From Chitinophagaceae bacterium (GTDB lineage: Bacteria > Bacteroidota > Bacteroidia > Chitinophagales > Chitinophagaceae), in the NCBI GenBank assembly GCA_035326305.1, contig DAOLFO010000041.1, positions 1 through 15,567 on the forward strand: a DNA stretch of 15,567 bases, read 5' to 3'. Numbering within the stretch: position 1 is the first letter of the stretch; each line of letters starts with the position of its first letter. A program made the translations under genes and the position numbers. Under the pieces are notes generated by a model. The model was not told where the DNA came from. It saw only the letters and a program-made list of their open reading frames with translations, and did not search any database. Positions 13,075 to 15,567 of the stretch are shown here, one piece after another.

Positions 13075-15477
13075 ATGGAAGAACAGCAAAGCAATAGTAA
13101 TACCAGGATTGAATTGCAGGGGCTGACCATCAAGGAACTTTTTTATAAATACATCCGGTTCCTGCCTTTTTTCCTGCTTTCACTGGCTATTGCCTTATTT
13201 GGCGCATGGCTGTACCTGCGCTATACTACAAAAATATACGGAGCTACCGGCACTATGCTGATCAATAATGAAAAGCAGCAGCCTGGCCGTACGGATAAAG
13301 TAGAGGACCTGATATCAGGAAGCGGGAGGACACAAAATATCCAGAATGAAATGGAAGTGCTCCGGTCAAAACCGCTGATGAAAAGGGTGGTGAAAAAGCT
13401 GGGTCTTGACCTGGAATACCGCTCTGTAGGTAAAGTGAAAGAGCTGAACATCTACACGGCAGCCCCATTTTACCTGGATGTACTGGAGCTCCAGGATAGT
13501 GTTCGTGGGTTTACCATGGAAATAGCATTTCAGGATAACCAGACATTTTCTGTCAACAAAGGCAACGAACAGTTTTCATATAACCAGTTATTTAAAAACG
13601 AGTTTGGTGTTTTCCGGCTGTTAAAAAGAAATGTGCAGACGGCAACGGGTGTTTATAAGGTAATCCGGCAGAACGAAGACGTGGTGGCAGCAGGCCTGGC
13701 TTCAGGTATCAGGGTGGCGCCAAAAATCAACGGAACAGGTATTCTGAATATCAACCTGCAGGCTACCAATGCCCAATTGGCGGCAGATGTGGTAAATAGC
13801 CTGATGGTGCAATATGACTCGCTCTCCATTGAGCAGAATAACTATTCCAACGATCAAACCATCAGCTTTATTGACGGACGCCTGGAAAAATTGAAAAGCG
13901 AGGCTGATAGCATTATGGCCCTGGAGCTGGTGCTGCGCCAGCAGGAAGAACTGTTTAATGCAGAAGCCCAGGGGGCCGGCTACCTGGATAAGCTCAGGGA
14001 AACGAATAAGCTTGTTTCTGAAATTGATCTTAAGGTAGAGGCCATAGATATTATTGCCGACTATATTAAAGACAAAAAAAACCGGTATTCAGAAGTAGTG
14101 CCATCCTCGCTTGGCCTGGATGACCTGACGCTGAATGAACTGGTGGCTGGTTATAACAGAGCACAACTGGAGCGCCAGGCACTTCTGAATGCCAGCATAC
14201 CGGCAGGCAACCCGGCGGTAAAAGAAGCTGACGGATTAATTGAAAAGCAACGGGAGAGCCTGAGAGAAAATCTGAAAAATATCCGGATGAGCTACCTGGA
14301 TCAGGTGAGCGCCATGCAAAAAGGAAGCCTGGCAGATAAGCAATACCTGAAGCAGCTCCCCTACAAGGTAAAAGACCTGCTCGACCTTCAAAGGCAAATT
14401 AATACCAAGCTGACAACATACAGTCTTTTAGAAAACAAACGGGAGGAAACAGCTATATCAAGGGCGGCAACTGTGTCAAACAGTAAAGTGGTGGAAAAAG
14501 CGACAGCATCCACGGTACCTGTATCTCCCAATAAGCGGACCGTGCAGTTAATAGCCGTGTTGCTGGGATTGGGCCTGCCAGCGCTGATTATCTTCCTGGC
14601 AGAACTGCTGAATGATAAAATTACTTCCAGGCATGAGATTGAAAGAAACACCAACATGCCTATACTGGGTGAAGTAGGTCATTCTTATTCTGAAAACACG
14701 CTGGTGGTGAATAGAACCAGCCGGGGTATGGTGGCTGAGCAGTTCCGTATCATACGGTCCAACCTGCAGTATGTGCTTACAAAAAAAGAAAATCCGGTTA
14801 TACTGGTTACCTCCTCCTTCAGCGGCGAGGGTAAATCTTTTGTCAGCACCAATGTGGCAGCAGTAATGGCGCTGACAGGAAAAAAAACCGTTATCCTGGA
14901 ATTTGATATCCGCAAGCCAAAAGTATTATCAGGGCTGAATATGAGCCGCAAAGCCGGGATCAGCAATTACCTGGTGGGTAAGGGAGACCTGGAAGAGCTG
15001 ATCGTACCAGTACCGGATATTGAAAACCTGTTTGTACTGCCCTGCGGCCCTATTCCTCCCAACCCATCAGAGCTGCTGCTGGATGAAAGAGTGACTGAAA
15101 TGTTTGATCGTTTGCGAAAAAGCTTTGATGTGGTGGTGATAGATACGGCGCCTGTGGGAATGGTGAGCGATGCCCTTACGCTAAGCCGGTATGCCGACTG
15201 CACCCTGTATTTAGTGCGGCAGGGCCATACTTTTAAAAAGCAGATAGTGCTGATAGATGAGCTGTATAATGAGAATAAGCTGCCCAAAGTATCTATCGTT
15301 GTAAATGATGTGAAGCTTAAATCCGGCTATGGATATTATGGTTATGGCCGGTACGGCTATGGCTATGGCTATGGTGAAAAAGGCGGTTACTATGATGAAG
15401 AGGTAAAGCCCCGGGGATTCTGGGACAGGCTGCTGGATAGCCTGAACCCCCTGCGCTGGTTTAAAAGAAAAAAGTAA
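13075..15477 (+). CDS. Polysaccharide co-polymerase / tyrosine autokinase (Wzc/GumC-like BY-kinase)
   Basis: 800 aa. N-terminal TM plus Wzz-like periplasmic region, a second TM (LIAVLLGLGLPALIIFL), Walker A SFSGEGKSF, Walker B VVVIDTAPV, and a C-terminal tyrosine cluster YGYYGYGRYGYGYGYGEKGGYY. Confidence 0.9.
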   Translation: MEEQQSNSNTRIELQGLTIKELFYKYIRFLPFFLLSLAIALFGAWLYLRYTTKIYGATGTMLINNEKQQPGRTDKVEDLISGSGRTQNIQNEMEVLRSKPLMKRVVKKLGLDLEYRSVGKVKELNIYTAAPFYLDVLELQDSVRGFTMEIAFQDNQTFSVNKGNEQFSYNQLFKNEFGVFRLLKRNVQTATGVYKVIRQNEDVVAAGLASGIRVAPKINGTGILNINLQATNAQLAADVVNSLMVQYDSLSIEQNNYSNDQTISFIDGRLEKLKSEADSIMALELVLRQQEELFNAEAQGAGYLDKLRETNKLVSEIDLKVEAIDIIADYIKDKKNRYSEVVPSSLGLDDLTLNELVAGYNRAQLERQALLNASIPAGNPAVKEADGLIEKQRESLRENLKNIRMSYLDQVSAMQKGSLADKQYLKQLPYKVKDLLDLQRQINTKLTTYSLLENKREETAISRAATVSNSKVVEKATASTVPVSPNKRTVQLIAVLLGLGLPALIIFLAELLNDKITSRHEIERNTNMPILGEVGHSYSENTLVVNRTSRGMVAEQFRIIRSNLQYVLTKKENPVILVTSSFSGEGKSFVSTNVAAVMALTGKKTVILEFDIRKPKVLSGLNMSRKAGISNYLVGKGDLEELIVPVPDIENLFVLPCGPIPPNPSELLLDERVTEMFDRLRKSFDVVVIDTAPVGMVSDALTLSRYADCTLYLVRQGHTFKKQIVLIDELYNENKLPKVSIVVNDVKLKSGYGYYGYGRYGYGYGYGEKGGYYDEEVKPRGFWDRLLDSLNPLRWFKRKK

Positions 15478-15567
15478 GCGAATGAATATTTAACGGGTTA
15501 CGCTATTAATTTTAATGCGTTACCTGTTTTATTTGCGACATCAGGGTGTGTAAGGGTTTCTTATATG

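Noticed and set aside
15313-15372. GGCTAT/GGTTAT hexamer tandem repeat near the 3' end of the Wzc-like gene
   Set aside because: It encodes the expected C-terminal tyrosine cluster (YGYGYG) of BY-kinases. It is a coding repeat, not a separate element, though it could in principle vary in length between strains.
1-15567. CRISPR arrays, IS elements, integrase/transposase genes
   Set aside because: None seen. There are no spaced direct repeats of 25-40 bp, no inverted terminal repeats bounding an ORF, and no recombinase motifs in any frame.

Overview
This window looks like Bacteroidota chromosome, probably Chitinophagia-like. It has a GxxExxY gene, a UpxY-like NusG paralog, TTTG-N19-TAnnTTTG promoters and few Shine-Dalgarno sites. 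About 47% of the window is + strand coding. The left 9 kb is a co-oriented gene neighbourhood that repeatedly touches RNA end-healing and sealing: a LigT-like 2H phosphoesterase, a PD-(D/E)XK GxxExxY protein, a PA0069/SplB-like radical SAM protein, a putative RNase-H-fold YkuK-like protein, a standalone AAA+ ATPase, an SPFH/band-7 protein and the RNA ligase RtcB. Two ORF-poor stretches are embedded in it. The first (2760..3970) carries two intrinsic terminators, a 45-aa SD-led ORF and two cloverleaf tRNA-like genes with non-canonical nucleotides at universally conserved positions (C8/C33 in one). The second (5612..6200) carries an isolated tRNA T-arm/acceptor minihelix-like fragment. Four related copies of a nearly C-free heptamer-array repeat (consensus GTTTRAR with GTTCAAR variants, left end TGAGAKTTG) sit at gene boundaries in direct orientation, three of them supplying the stop codon of the upstream gene. 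Together they bracket the GxxExxY+radical-SAM pair and rtcB. The right part holds a convergent DoxX-like/META-domain pair with a bidirectional terminator, an HGSNAT-like DUF5009 membrane acyltransferase, and the start of a polysaccharide locus (consensus Bacteroidetes promoter, UpxY-like antiterminator, Wza-like exporter, Wzc-like BY-kinase). Homology calls are from motif recognition by eye, not from searches.
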